38,758 nt of DNA, from NCBI GenBank assembly GCA_003220985.1, contig QHTY01000153.1, forward strand, positions 5,439-44,196. The letters run 5' to 3'. The notes below the pieces were generated by a model. It saw only the letters and a program-made list of their open reading frames with translations. It was not told the DNA's origin and did no database searches. This document shows positions 1 through 7,219 of this stretch, piece by piece. The position numbers and the translations under genes are program-made. The DNA comes from Gemmatimonadota bacterium. GTDB taxonomy: Bacteria; Gemmatimonadota; Gemmatimonadetes; Gemmatimonadales; GWC2-71-9. Each line of letters begins with the position of its first letter. The first letter of the stretch is position 1.

Positions 1-178
1 TCCCCGGCGTGTCGTCGCCCTGCAGCGTCGTCAAGTCCATGCAGGTGATCGCCCGGAGCAACCATGCGGCCTGCCATTCCTTCTTTACGGTGCGGCGCGT
101 CGGGATGGTCGCGGCGCGGCGTTCCACGGCGCTGCGATTGACGCGCAGGCCGCGGATGACATCGAGAGCGAGCGCCAT
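1..178 (-). CDS. deoC: deoxyribose-phosphate aldolase, long DERA-type form (N-terminal part only; gene runs off the left edge)
   Basis: Hand translation of the minus strand from ATG 178-176 gives MALALDVIRGLRVNRSAVERRAATIPTRRTVKKEWQAAWLLRAITCMDLTTLQGDDTPG. The block RRTVKKEWQAAWLL..(I/M)DLTTL.GDDT matches the N-terminus I recall for DERA-type DeoC. At 59 codons it is below the ORF-track cutoff. Confidence 0.75.
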   Translation of the reverse strand, partial: MALALDVIRGLRVNRSAVERRAATIPTRRTVKKEWQAAWLLRAITCMDLTTLQGDDTPG

Positions 179-293
179 GCCCTGATTGCGGTCCTCCCCG
201 GGAGGAGGAACCGGGCGAGTGACACCGAGGGGACGCAGCCGATCCGACGTGACCTTCATGTTGGCGGGAGAATGCGGATCGCTGCTGGAAAAG

Positions 294-1478
294 TCAACGC
301 GAGACGGGAATTCCCGCGCCCTGGCGGCACGCGTCGATGGCGCGCGGCTCCCGCGCCTGCACGCACTGCTCCTCGCGCTCCGGCAGACCCGCGAGCAGCG
401 TGGCGATTTCTTCGCCCAACGCGTGATAGCACGTCGGTCCGCCGGGCTCGCTCGCGACGATCTGGCAAAAGGCGAACGCCGCGGGGGTGGTCGCGGTCCA
501 ATCCACCAGCGCCTTCACCGCACCGAAGTAGCACGCGGGGCGGTTGGGCTCACTCGCCTTGTGGCAGAGATCGGCCGTCTTCTGCGGATCACGCAGCGTG
601 TACGACGTGATGTCGCGGCCCAGGCTTTGAAAGCAGACGGGACGCACGCGCGCCGGTGCACGCTCGCAGGACTTCGCCGCGTCCGCGAGGTTGCCGTGAT
701 TCAGATTGAGCATGACCGATGTCTGCATCTGATAGCAGGCGTTCAAGTACCGGTCGGCCATGATCGAACAGGGATAGAGTGGATCAGCGGGATCCATGGC
801 CTTGAACGTCGTGCCCATCACCATGTGGTGGTGGGTGTGCGCGGACAGCATGGTCGCGGGATGGTGCGGCGCGGTCGCGTTGATGACGCTTTCCATGAAT
901 GCGCCGCCATAGCACGACTCGCGATCCCAGCCGTCGGAGAGGAGATCGCAGTCCGTGAGCGCGCGCGGCAGATCGTGGTCATACAGCATTGTCAGGCCGT
1001 GGCCCATGCCGTGGACGCACTGGAAGAGGACCCAGCGACTCGCGCCGGGCTGCTTGAACGGCTGGCACAGCGCCTCGACTTCGGGCTGGGTCACCTGATC
1101 GCGCGATTCGAAGTACGCCTGGATCACCCCATGGCGGCAGCCCGACGAAGAGCCGTCACCGCAGGCCGTAAACGTGGCCGGAATGTCGGTAGAAAGACTG
1201 AACGCCTCGATGCCGATGCCGTGCGCGAACTCGTGCGCGTGTTCCGCCGCGTCGGGGTCCGCTGCGGCGATCGCCTCCAACGTCGCCACCGCAGCGGCCA
1301 CGCCGTGCTTCTTGAGCCGCTCGGAGAGCAGTTGCGTGTAACAGGTGCTGCGTGCCTCACCCGCGAAGCGAAGGCAAGCCGCGCCGCCCTTCCCTACACC
1401 CGAAGCGAACCGATTGGCGGCGATGCCGGCCACGGCCACCACGCCGATCGCGATGAGCAGCTTCTGCGTTTGCGTCAT
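294..1478 (-). CDS. membrane-anchored cysteine-rich repeat protein, function unknown
   Basis: 394-aa ORF with an N-terminal hydrophobic anchor (LLIAIGVVAVAGIAA). It has 18 Cys arranged as nine C-x(7-15)-C pairs, mostly x10-11. The second Cys is usually followed by Y/F/R-x-G/A. There is also a His-rich patch, HHPATMLSAHTHHHM. I do not recognise the family. Confidence 0.6.
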   Translation of the reverse strand: MTQTQKLLIAIGVVAVAGIAANRFASGVGKGGAACLRFAGEARSTCYTQLLSERLKKHGVAAAVATLEAIAAADPDAAEHAHEFAHGIGIEAFSLSTDIPATFTACGDGSSSGCRHGVIQAYFESRDQVTQPEVEALCQPFKQPGASRWVLFQCVHGMGHGLTMLYDHDLPRALTDCDLLSDGWDRESCYGGAFMESVINATAPHHPATMLSAHTHHHMVMGTTFKAMDPADPLYPCSIMADRYLNACYQMQTSVMLNLNHGNLADAAKSCERAPARVRPVCFQSLGRDITSYTLRDPQKTADLCHKASEPNRPACYFGAVKALVDWTATTPAAFAFCQIVASEPGGPTCYHALGEEIATLLAGLPEREEQCVQAREPRAIDACRQGAGIPVSR

Positions 1479-1531
1479 GGTAGAACAGTAATGTGCTTGC
1501 GTGCGTGATTCCAGCTTCCTAAGCTTGGACC

Positions 1532-2278
1532 GTGTCCCGCGTGATCGTCGTAGCGGACGCCCATCTCGGTCAGGTGCCGCCCGCCGTCGGGACGGCCTTT
1601 CACGACTTTCTCGACGCCGTGCCCCGGCCTGGCGACCATCTCGTGGTGACGGGCGATCTCTTCGACTTCTGGTTCGAGTATCCGAGCGTCATCCCCCGCA
1701 AGCATTTCGCCACCGCCGCCAAGTTGCAGGAGGTCCGCACGCGCGGGGTGCCGATCACATTCGTGGGCGGCAATCACGACCGCTGGGGCGGCTCGTTCTT
1801 CACGCGCGATCTGGGGATTCAATTCTTCGGCGGCGCGGTCGAGCTGGACTTGAACGGGCGCCGCGCCTTCATCGCGCACGGCGACGGCCTCACGGAGCAG
1901 CACTGGACCGGCGCGCTCATGCACCGGTTCACGCGCCATCCCATCACGGTCGCCGTGTTCCGCATCCTGCACCCCACCGTCGGCTTCTGGATCGCGGATC
2001 TGTTCTCCCGTCATCTCGCCGACAATACCAAGGACCGCGCCGTGCTCGATCGCGCCGCCGCCGCACAGCGGAAGTGGGCGGCCGATTTCCTGCAGCGGCA
2101 TCCCGCGGTCCAGCTCGTCATCATGGCGCACACGCATCGGCCCGTGGTCGAGCGCTTGCCCGATGGTCGCATCTATCTGAATCCGGGCGCGTTCCTGGAT
2201 GGCGGGCGCTACGCCGTCATCACGCCCGAGGCTGTGGAGTTGAAGCAATTCACAACGGCACGACCTCAACCTGCTTGA
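1532..2278 (+). CDS. lpxH: UDP-2,3-diacylglucosamine hydrolase-like metallophosphoesterase
   Basis: 248-aa ORF with a GTG start. Calcineurin-type motifs appear in LpxH order: VVADAHLG, TGDLFDFW, GGNHDRW, AHGD, MAHTH. Confidence 0.65.
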   Translation: MSRVIVVADAHLGQVPPAVGTAFHDFLDAVPRPGDHLVVTGDLFDFWFEYPSVIPRKHFATAAKLQEVRTRGVPITFVGGNHDRWGGSFFTRDLGIQFFGGAVELDLNGRRAFIAHGDGLTEQHWTGALMHRFTRHPITVAVFRILHPTVGFWIADLFSRHLADNTKDRAVLDRAAAAQRKWAADFLQRHPAVQLVIMAHTHRPVVERLPDGRIYLNPGAFLDGGRYAVITPEAVELKQFTTARPQPA

Positions 2279-3044
2279 GCTTCTCTCCCAGAAACACGGC
2301 TCCCACTTTCCGAAAATGCGGCTCGTCATCCGACACGACGAAGCGGTGATCGTGGGCGCCGCCGTTCGCCAGGAGGTTCCGGCGCTCCAGTTCCTTCGAT
2401 ACCGCCGTCGCCGTCTCCTCCGCAGAGTCGACCAGCTTCACGTCCGGCCCCATCACGCGCGCCAGCAGCGGCTTGAGTAAGGGATAGTGCGTGCAGCCGA
2501 GGACCAGCACGTCCACCTTGGCACGCTGCAGCGGCGCCAGATACTCGCGCGCAATGAGGTCGGCGGCGGGATGCTCGAACCATCCTTCCTCAACGAGGGG
2601 GACAAACAGGGGGCATGGTTCGCTGTGGACGCGGGCATCCGGGCGGAGTGCCTGGATCGCGCGCTCGTACGCCCCGCTCGCGATCGTGCCGGCAGTGCCG
2701 ATCACGCCGATCGTTCCCGTCTTGGTCGCGGCCACGGCGGCGCGCGCACCCGGCTCGATCACGCCGACGACGGGCACCGACGACTGCGCCTGCAGGTAGC
2801 CGAGCGCATGCGCCGTGCTCGTGTTGCACGCTACGACGACGGCTTTCACCCCGCGATGCAGCAGATAGGCGAGAATCTCGGCGCTGTAGCGACGCACGGT
2901 GTCCGGTGACTTCGGGCCGTACGGCACGCGCGCTGTGTCGCCAAAGTAAATGACCGACTCATGCGGCAGGCGCTCGAACAGCGCGCGTGCCACCGTGAGC
3001 CCGCCGATCCCCGAATCGAACACGCCGAGCGGAGCGTTATTCAT
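2250..3044 (-). CDS. murI: glutamate racemase
   Basis: 264-aa ORF with VFDSGIGGLTV, VVACNTSTA and LGCTHYP motifs, including the two catalytic Cys contexts. Confidence 0.9.
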   Translation of the reverse strand: MNNAPLGVFDSGIGGLTVARALFERLPHESVIYFGDTARVPYGPKSPDTVRRYSAEILAYLLHRGVKAVVVACNTSTAHALGYLQAQSSVPVVGVIEPGARAAVAATKTGTIGVIGTAGTIASGAYERAIQALRPDARVHSEPCPLFVPLVEEGWFEHPAADLIAREYLAPLQRAKVDVLVLGCTHYPLLKPLLARVMGPDVKLVDSAEETATAVSKELERRNLLANGGAHDHRFVVSDDEPHFRKVGAVFLGEKLKQVEVVPL

Positions 3045-3528
3045 GGACCGGGATACTCACGCCGATGCCGCCGGGGAAAGCGCGGACCTTGAGATCGGGG
3101 GGGAAATCACGCAGGTGGGCCGAGACGTAGGCCTCGGCGCCCGAGAAGAGATGATTGAAGACCCAGAGCACGAGCCAGTCCTGCACCTCCTGGCGCTTGA
3201 GCCGGAGGTTTTTCGAGTGAATCTCCTTGAGGTAGTTCGCTTCCTGTTGCGCCTTGAACGTCATCATGGCCGTGACGCCTTCCCAGGCCACGAACGCGGC
3301 GCCCGTCAGCGGCCGCCCCGTGGCCGCCTGCCCCCATCCGGGAAGCAGGAAAGACCGGAAGAAAGCGCCCATGGGCCGGAGGCCGCGATGCATGGTGTCG
3401 GCCGGGAGGACTATGCGAGCGGTATCAGTTCGCGTCGTATCCTGTCCTACAAGTCTGCACGTCGGCACGACTGCAAGAGCGACCACGAATGCGATCGCGT
3501 GCCGACGTGCAGACGTGCCGTCGTGCAT
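3037..3528 (-). CDS. small hypothetical membrane or secreted protein
   Basis: I chose the internal ATG at 3528 (MHDGTSARRHAIAFVVALAVV...) because the longer track ORF overlaps the upstream lipid kinase in another frame. The kinase stop (3531-3533) sits 2 nt upstream. There is a hydrophobic N-terminus and an FLLPGWGQ motif. The 3-prime end overlaps the murI start by 8 nt. Confidence 0.5.
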   Translation of the reverse strand: MHDGTSARRHAIAFVVALAVVPTCRLVGQDTTRTDTARIVLPADTMHRGLRPMGAFFRSFLLPGWGQAATGRPLTGAAFVAWEGVTAMMTFKAQQEANYLKEIHSKNLRLKRQEVQDWLVLWVFNHLFSGAEAYVSAHLRDFPPDLKVRAFPGGIGVSIPVHE

Positions 3529-3530
3529 TC

Positions 3531-4430
3531 TCACCGCGCTACCAGGACGTTCAATCTTCCGCGCTCTAATTCCACGGTGCACTCGTTTACTCCCGGCTCC
3601 CGCAATTCGCCGTCGACATGCAGCATGAGTGGCTGCTCGGGCGACCGCACCACGAGCTTCGCCGTCTTGATGATGGCCACCTCGCGCATCTTCACGTGCG
3701 TCCCACGCATGACGCGTGGAATGGCGAGGAGAAATCGCGGCAGCGAGACCCGCCGGATCATGCACACATCCAGCTTCCCATCGGCGGGATCCGCGTCCGG
3801 CGCGAAGCGATAGCTGCCGCCCGAGGTCGTGCCGTTGCAGACCTCGATCATCATCATGTACCCGCGTTCGCGAAATCCGGGTGCGGTGACCTCGAAGACC
3901 ATGGGCTGGAACTTGAAGAAGGTCTGCACGACGGGCACGAGGTACGACAGAAACCCGCGCAGATGCTGCATCCGGTCCCGGCTTTTCACGACGGCCGGGG
4001 CGAACCCGAATCCGACGCTATTGACGAACCACTCCCCCCCTCCCGACACGCGGCCTACATCGAAGCGACGGGAACGGCCGGTCACGAGCCGGGCGACGGC
4101 GCGCGGCGGGTCATGACGGTAGACACCCAGCATCTTGGCAAAATCGTTGCCGGAGCCGACCGGGATGACCCCGAGTGCGGCATCCGAGTCGCTGCAGAGC
4201 AACCCGTTGGCCACCTCATGGACAGTGCCGTCGCCGCCGACCGCCACGACGTGCGTGGCCCCCTGCTGGACGGCTTGCGCCGCCAGCGCTTGCGCGTGAC
4301 CCGGACCTTCTGTCCGGACGAGATCCACCGCCCACCCTTGCGCCCGGAATGCGCGCGCGACGACCGACTCGACGCGGCGTGCCGCGCCTCGCCCGGCGGC
4401 GGGATTGAGGATGACATGGGCATGAAGCAC
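3531..4430 (-). CDS. diacylglycerol kinase-family lipid kinase (YegS/BmrU type)
   Basis: 299-aa ORF with a GTG start. It has the NPAAGRG, VAVGGDGTVHEVANGL and PVGSGNDFA motifs of the DAGK catalytic domain. Confidence 0.85.
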   Translation of the reverse strand: MLHAHVILNPAAGRGAARRVESVVARAFRAQGWAVDLVRTEGPGHAQALAAQAVQQGATHVVAVGGDGTVHEVANGLLCSDSDAALGVIPVGSGNDFAKMLGVYRHDPPRAVARLVTGRSRRFDVGRVSGGGEWFVNSVGFGFAPAVVKSRDRMQHLRGFLSYLVPVVQTFFKFQPMVFEVTAPGFRERGYMMMIEVCNGTTSGGSYRFAPDADPADGKLDVCMIRRVSLPRFLLAIPRVMRGTHVKMREVAIIKTAKLVVRSPEQPLMLHVDGELREPGVNECTVELERGRLNVLVAR

Positions 4431-4461
4431 GCGGCAGACAAGATATCATCTCGTCTGCCGC
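4431..4461 (-). promoter_or_regulatory. perfect 9-bp stem-loop (GCGGCAGAC-N13-GTCTGCCGC) abutting the GTG start of the lipid kinase
   Basis: The arms 4431-4439 and 4453-4461 are exact reverse complements. The structure lies 30 nt after the stop of the last paralog (4491). On the mRNA its 3-prime arm ends directly at the kinase start codon. There is no U-tract. Confidence 0.4.
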
Positions 4462-4490
4462 CGAAGAGTGCCGCGAACTACAGGTTCCCG

Positions 4491-4835
4491 TTACTTGGCG
4501 AGATAGCGCTCGTCCCAATCGATGGCAAACTCGACGCTGCAGCGACCGCACAGGAGTTTGCTGGGCTTGCCGCGCAGCGCGACACGATCGCGACACGAGG
4601 GGCACACGAGGTACCGATCACCCATTTCCACCTTACGCGGCACATTATCCGGCCGCGGCACCACGGTCCATTTGCGGGGTGGCGTACGCGAGATCTGGAG
4701 GAACGCGCGGACGACCGCGACGGGTGTGCCTTTCACATCGACGACGGCGGCGAGCCCTTGGGCCTTGATCAGCCGGTACCAGGCGCCGCGGCGCAGATTG
4801 CAGTTCACATCGGCTTGGAGACGAGCCCACACCAT
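4491..4835 (-). CDS. small GAWYR-domain / 4-Cys zinc-ribbon protein, paralog 1 of 3
   Basis: 114-aa ORF with LRRGAWYRL, W-T-VVPRP and YLVCPSCR-x...-CGRC...FAIDW. It is clearly homologous to the two ORFs upstream. Confidence 0.7.
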   Translation of the reverse strand: MVWARLQADVNCNLRRGAWYRLIKAQGLAAVVDVKGTPVAVVRAFLQISRTPPRKWTVVPRPDNVPRKVEMGDRYLVCPSCRDRVALRGKPSKLLCGRCSVEFAIDWDERYLAK

Positions 4836-4836
4836 C

Positions 4837-4875
4837 CGTTACTCTCTCGGCAGCGAAGGGGCGATAAGAGTAACG
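4837..4875 (-). promoter_or_regulatory. perfect 9-bp stem-loop (CGTTACTCT-N21-AGAGTAACG) ending 1 nt before the paralog-1 ATG
   Basis: The arms 4837-4845 and 4867-4875 are exact reverse complements. On the mRNA the 3-prime arm covers positions -2 to -10 relative to ATG 4835, which is the ribosome-binding region. Confidence 0.4.
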
Positions 4876-4909
4876 TGGTCCGACCGAATGCGAAGTGATG
4901 ATTGTCACC

Positions 4910-5263
4910 CTAGACTTTGACACCGTTCTCGGGCCAGTTGATCTCGAACTCCTTCCGGCACTTCACGCACTCGTGCGCCTTGGCCCGCTTCGGAAGCGGC
5001 GCGCGTGCCCGACAGTTGGGGCAGACGCCGTACGTTCCCCGAAGCTGCGGCGGCGCTCGGCGATTGTCCTTCGCGCCCTCCACCACGCTCCAGCGCAGCG
5101 GCGGTCGTTGCTGGATCTCGAGCCACGCCCGCAGTACGCCAAGGCGGCGGTGGTTCACTTCGATAACTGCTTGGAGGTCATTGAGTTCGAGGACGCGGTA
5201 CCAGGCGCCCTTGCGAAGCTTGAGCGGGACATCGTCCTGGACGCGGGCAAATAACAACGCCAT
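4910..5263 (-). CDS. small GAWYR-domain / 4-Cys zinc-ribbon protein, paralog 2 of 3
   Basis: I set the start at ATG 5263 (MALLFARVQ...) for two reasons. AAGGAG lies 6 nt upstream, and the N-terminus then aligns with the paralogs. Motifs: LRKGAWYRV, W-S-VV and YGVCPNCR...CVKC...FEINW. Length 117 aa. Confidence 0.7.
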   Translation of the reverse strand: MALLFARVQDDVPLKLRKGAWYRVLELNDLQAVIEVNHRRLGVLRAWLEIQQRPPLRWSVVEGAKDNRRAPPQLRGTYGVCPNCRARAPLPKRAKAHECVKCRKEFEINWPENGVKV

Positions 5264-5332
5264 CACGGCTCCTTGTGGGGGAGACGAGAATGGGCGCGGG
5301 CACAATATACGACGAGCCGGTAAACGCAACAG

Positions 5333-5677
5333 TCAGGAGTTCTCCCAGCCGATGTCGAAAACTCCATTGCATTTCGGACAGCGCATGCTCGTGGCGTGCT
5401 CCTCCAGGCGCGCCCGCTCTCGGCAATTGGGGCAGACGGCGTAGCGTGCGCCCCAGGTCATCGGCATACGCGGTGAGTGAGACGGTCGTGGCACCACCGC
5501 CCAAAGCTTCGGGCGTTCCGGCAGAATCTCGAGTGACTGCCGCGGGAAGGGAGTCGGCTTCCCATTGATGTCGAGCACGACTTCAGCTGGCGACAGTTTG
5601 ACGACGCGATACCACGCGCCGCGGCGCAGATGCCCTTCTTCCGATGGACGGATACGAGCCCACTGTGCGGTAGCCAT
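5333..5677 (-). CDS. small GAWYR-domain / 4-Cys zinc-ribbon protein, paralog 3 of 3
   Basis: 114-aa ORF with GGAGGG 4 nt upstream of the ATG. Motifs: LRRGAWYRV, W-A-VVPRP and YAVCPNCR...CPKC...FDIGW. It starts 29 nt after the 3-prime end of tRNA-Sec. Confidence 0.7.
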   Translation of the reverse strand: MATAQWARIRPSEEGHLRRGAWYRVVKLSPAEVVLDINGKPTPFPRQSLEILPERPKLWAVVPRPSHSPRMPMTWGARYAVCPNCRERARLEEHATSMRCPKCNGVFDIGWENS

Positions 5678-5706
5678 CGTCCCTCCGAGACTCAGCTATG
5701 CAGTCG

Positions 5707-5800
5707 TGGCGGGAGCGTGTAGGAATCGAACCTACCGAGGCCCGTTAGAGCCCCAAACAGTTTTGAAGACTGCTCAGGCCACCAGGCCCAATCCGCTCCC
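5707..5800 (-). tRNA. selC: tRNA-Sec (selenocysteine tRNA, anticodon UCA)
   Basis: The minus strand reads GGGAGCGGATTGGGCCTGGTGGCCTGAGCAGTCTTCAAAACTGTTTGGGGCTCTAACGGGCCTCGGTAGGTTCGATTCCTACACGCTCCCGCCA (94 nt).
- Anticodon stem: 6 bp, AGCAGT/ACTGTT.
- Anticodon loop: CTTCAAA, giving anticodon TCA.
- D-stem: 6 bp, TGGGCC/GGCCTG, with a 4-nt loop TGGT.
- Variable arm: long.
- T-arm: GTAGG-TTCGATT-CCTAC.
- 3-prime end: encoded GCCA.
The layout and several blocks parallel E. coli selC as I recall it. The eighth acceptor position is a G-A mismatch. Confidence 0.9.
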
Positions 5801-7219
5801 AACGCAAGGGTTGCCGATGATCCGATAGACCGCCAGGTCGTTGTTCCCCATCACTCGCTGAAAGGCTGAGGGAGAGCTCGCTACGAAGCGCTCGAGATAC
5901 GCGGCATCTTCGTTCGAGACCAGTGGCCCCGTGATCACGTAGCCGGCCCCGATCTGGGCGATATACCGCCATAAGCGGCAGCGGTCGTCGGCGATGAGGG
6001 GTGCCGACGCCCGGCGGTCCGTGAAGAGCGCCAGCGCGCGCGGCTTGCTGAAGACGAAGATAGCCTCAGGAGGCGTCGCCTGCTTCACGAATTCGAAAAG
6101 CTCGACGCTCTCGGCTGTGGCTACTCCCTCAGCTAACGGTCCAAAGCGCATCGTCGAGTATTTCGCTCCATACAGCAACGCGACCACCACCGCGAGCAGG
6201 ACGATTACGCGGTTGCGTACCTGAAGGGGAGCATTCAGCCCGCGAATGCCAAGCATACAGTAGTAGAGGTAGAACGGGATCAGCGGTATGAGAAACCGTG
6301 CGACCTGATTCGCCGGCCACAGCAGTACGGGCACGATGTAGAGCCACGGGAAGACTTCAATGACTGTCGCCCCCAACCGCAGCGCTCGGGCGTAGCCATA
6401 CACCGCGAATCCCGCCGTCACCACAAACAGGGCCTTTCTGCCCAACTCGCTGTACCCGTTCGTCCAGATGTCCGACAATGCCCGCAAATAGGCCACCGCG
6501 TTGTGCGCCACGGTACCGGCTGAGAGCGAGAGTTGGTCGAAGTAGCTTGCGTCCCGCGGTCCGACGGCGTACTGCACCCCGGCCAAAACGATTGCGACCC
6601 CGCACGTCACCGCCGTCATCTGACTGACGCGCCGCGTCCGCACCAGGTCGTGCAACAGGAAACAGGGGATCAGGACGACACCCAGCACCCGGGTCGCCAC
6701 GGACGCATAGGTCGCGACCCCCGCCAGCACGGCAAACGCGAGCCGACGGCGATTGTCCGGTTCCGCCGCGCGTTGAAAGGCGTACAGGCTGAGCAGCGTG
6801 AAGCAGAGGAACGGGATGTCCGAGAGCACATCATCTTTGAAGTCCAGAAAGTACGGATTGAGCCCCATAACGAGGATGAGCGCGATCAGATACGGCGTTG
6901 GAAGATCGCGCCGGAATACTCGCGGCATCAGGAGCAACGCGCCGACGAAGCAGACGACAACCAGAACCTTCATAGGACGAAAGTCGAGACCGAAGACCTT
7001 GACGACGGGGGCGAGCAGCAGCGGGAAGCCGGGCGGGTACGTCCGCGGACCGATCGAAGGGTTGTGCGGATTGTAGATATAGCCGGTCTCCGCGTACGCG
7101 ACGCCTGTGGCGATGTTGCGGGCATGGTGAACGTACTGCGCGAAGTCGTCGCCCCAACGCTGCCCCGGCCGGATCGTCGCCAGGTACACCAGGCCGACCA
7201 AACCGGCCACCCGCCACAT
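5774..7219 (-). CDS. polytopic membrane glycosyltransferase, GT-C fold (ArnT/PMT, GT39/83-like), putative
   Basis: 481-aa ORF with many hydrophobic segments. The N-terminal loop has a DDF..Y-type acidic motif, followed by YPPGFPLLLAP, typical of ArnT-like enzymes. The last 27 nt overlap the 5-prime end of tRNA-Sec. Confidence 0.5.
   Translation of the reverse strand: MWRVAGLVGLVYLATIRPGQRWGDDFAQYVHHARNIATGVAYAETGYIYNPHNPSIGPRTYPPGFPLLLAPVVKVFGLDFRPMKVLVVVCFVGALLLMPRVFRRDLPTPYLIALILVMGLNPYFLDFKDDVLSDIPFLCFTLLSLYAFQRAAEPDNRRRLAFAVLAGVATYASVATRVLGVVLIPCFLLHDLVRTRRVSQMTAVTCGVAIVLAGVQYAVGPRDASYFDQLSLSAGTVAHNAVAYLRALSDIWTNGYSELGRKALFVVTAGFAVYGYARALRLGATVIEVFPWLYIVPVLLWPANQVARFLIPLIPFYLYYCMLGIRGLNAPLQVRNRVIVLLAVVVALLYGAKYSTMRFGPLAEGVATAESVELFEFVKQATPPEAIFVFSKPRALALFTDRRASAPLIADDRCRLWRYIAQIGAGYVITGPLVSNEDAAYLERFVASSPSAFQRVMGNNDLAVYRIIGNPCVGSGLGLVA

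Noticed and set aside
197-212. Small GC hairpin, TCCTC-CCCGG-GAGGA, upstream of deoC.
   Set aside because: The stem is only 5 bp and it overlaps a plausible GGAGGA Shine-Dalgarno sequence. It is not distinguishable from chance in this composition.
179-296. Possible selenocysteine read-through of the TGA stop of the Cys-rich protein. I considered this because selC is present and the frame stays open downstream.
   Set aside because: The read-through translation (LFQQRSAFSRQHEGHVG...) is featureless and runs into deoC. I saw no SECIS-like hairpin directly after the TGA. Open frames after stops are common at this GC content.
186-1508. 440-aa plus-strand ORF, along with many similar long ORFs antisense to real genes (for example 3618-4898, 8715-9791, 10009-11250, 15586-17226, 18239-19678, 29934-31148, 31171-33000 and 33476-34738).
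   Set aside because: Their Arg/Ala/Gly/Pro-rich, low-complexity translations have no motifs. They mirror well-supported genes on the opposite strand. Stop-free antisense frames are expected in high-GC DNA.
4431-5706. selC as an integration site for a genomic island carrying the three paralogs.
   Set aside because: There is no integrase, recombinase or mobility gene. I found no convincing direct repeat of the tRNA 3-prime end; the best match, near 4495, is only 9 of 13 nt. The slightly lower GC is the only hint.
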